DNA of 64,000 nucleotides from Escherichia phage RB14, in sequence record NC_012638.1. One strand, given 5' to 3'. Positions 62,651-64,000 of this stretch are shown here, in pieces. The first letter of the stretch is position 1. Every line of letters starts with the position of its first letter. Position numbers and translations under genes: made by a program. The notes under the pieces were generated by a model. That model saw only the letters and a list, made by a program, of their open reading frames with translations, made no database searches and was not told the origin of the DNA.

Positions 62651-64000
62651 ATGACTTTATTATCTCCGGGCATTGAGCTCAAAGAAACCACGGTTCAAAG
62701 CACCGTGGTTAATAACTCTACTGGTACAGCAGCTTTGGCCGGTAAATTCCAGTGGGGTCCTGCTTTTCAGATCAAACAGGTTACAAATGAAGTAGATTTA
62801 GTTAATACTTTTGGTCAACCTACAGCTGAAACTGCTGACTATTTTATGTCTGCAATGAATTTCTTACAATATGGAAATGATTTGCGAGTTGTGCGTGCTG
62901 TCGATAGAGATACCGCTAAAAACTCATCTCCGATTGCTGGTAATATTGAATACACTATTTCTACTCCAGGTAGTAACTATGCAGTTGGAGATAAAATCAC
63001 GGTCAAATATGTTTCGGATGATATTGAAACTGAAGGTAAAATTACTGAAGTAGACGCAGATGGAAAAATTAAGAAAATTAATATTCCTACTGCAAAAATT
63101 ATCGCTAAAGCTAAAGAAGTCGGTGAATATCCGGAATTAGGTTCTAACTGGACTGCGGAAATTTCTTCGTCTTCCTCTGGTTTAGCTGCAGTAATAACTC
63201 TTGGAAAAATTATTACTGATTCTGGTATTTTATTAGCTGAAATTGAAAATGCTGAAGCTGCTATGACAGCGGTTGACTTTCAAGCAAATCTCGAAAAATA
63301 CGGAATTCCAGGAGTAGTAGCTCTTTATCCAGGCGAATTAGGCGATAAAATTGAAATTGAAATCGTATCTAAAGCTGACTACGCAAAAGGAGCTTCTGCA
63401 TTACTGCCAATTTATCCAGGTGGTGGTACTCGTGCATCTACTGCTAAAGCAGTGTTTGGATATGGACCACAAACTGATTCACAGTACGCTATTATAGTTC
63501 GTCGTAATGATGCTATTGTTCAAAGTGTTGTTCTTTCAACTAAGCGTGGTGAAAAAGATATTTACGATAGTAACATCTATATCGATGACTTTTTCGCAAA
63601 AGGTGGCTCAGAATATATTTTTGCAACTGCACAAAACTGGCCAGAAGGATTCTCTGGAATTTTAACTCTGTCTGGTGGATTATCATCAAATGCTGAAGTA
63701 ACAGCAGGAGATTTGATGGAAGCTTGGGACTTCTTTGCTGACCGTGAATCCGTTGATGTTCAGCTTTTTATTGCTGGTTCTTGTGCCGGTGAATCTTTGG
63801 AAACAGCATCTACTGTCCAAAAACATGTTGTTTCAATTGGTGATGCTCGTCAAGATTGCTTAGTATTGTGCTCACCTCCGCGTGAAACTGTAGTTGGAAT
63901 TCCTGTAACCCGCGCAGTAGATAATTTAGTTAACTGGAGAACTGCTACAGGTTCATACACCGATAATAACTTTAATATCAGTTCAACCTATGCAGCAATT
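62651..64000 (+). CDS. 18: Tail sheath protein gp18, 5' fragment; continues past window end
   Basis: Open frame from ATG 62651 to window end (MTLLSPGIELKETTVQS...); TATAAATA upstream. Confidence 0.9.
   Translation, partial: MTLLSPGIELKETTVQSTVVNNSTGTAALAGKFQWGPAFQIKQVTNEVDLVNTFGQPTAETADYFMSAMNFLQYGNDLRVVRAVDRDTAKNSSPIAGNIEYTISTPGSNYAVGDKITVKYVSDDIETEGKITEVDADGKIKKINIPTAKIIAKAKEVGEYPELGSNWTAEISSSSSGLAAVITLGKIITDSGILLAEIENAEAAMTAVDFQANLEKYGIPGVVALYPGELGDKIEIEIVSKADYAKGASALLPIYPGGGTRASTAKAVFGYGPQTDSQYAIIVRRNDAIVQSVVLSTKRGEKDIYDSNIYIDDFFAKGGSEYIFATAQNWPEGFSGILTLSGGLSSNAEVTAGDLMEAWDFFADRESVDVQLFIAGSCAGESLETASTVQKHVVSIGDARQDCLVLCSPPRETVVGIPVTRAVDNLVNWRTATGSYTDNNFNISSTYAAI

Overview
This window is a contiguous piece of a T4-like (Tevenvirinae) phage genome, in T4 gene order from gene 46 to gene 18. 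Positions 1-42044 are minus-strand early/middle genes: 46 (5' fragment), 47, a-gt, 55, nrdH/G/D, 49, pin, nrdC, a long block of small hypothetical genes, rI, tk, regB, a GrcA-like gene, lysozyme e, nudE, a 10-gene tRNA array, internal-protein genes, 57B, 57A, 1, 3, 2, 4. Positions 42092-64000 are plus-strand late morphogenesis genes: 53, 5, 5.1, 5.4, 6-12, wac, 13-17 and the start of 18. Product calls rest on synteny, protein lengths, motifs read from the ORF translations, and remembered T4 sequences; no database search was run. The lysozyme differs from the canonical T4 sequence (as I recall it) at two residues, so this is a close relative of T4 rather than T4 itself. Thirteen early-promoter-like sites (GTTTAC-N17-TAnnAT) and one MotA-type site were read on the minus strand, plus six TATAAATA late-promoter motifs and eleven hairpin terminators. 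Several ORF-track starts are over-extended through promoter/leader DNA or use GTG/TTG, and are corrected here. The most interesting accessory content, all hypotheses to test: a TARG1/DarG-type macrodomain gene; four capsid-targeting-sequence internal-protein genes including a tandem promoter+gene duplication; a GrcA-like gene with a host-like GC-rich 3' half; a P-loop NTPase where T4 has denV; an ATPase plus Pol-beta nucleotidyltransferase pair beside a GIY-YIG homing endonuclease; and two extra, atypical tRNAs (Tyr-like, Asn-like).
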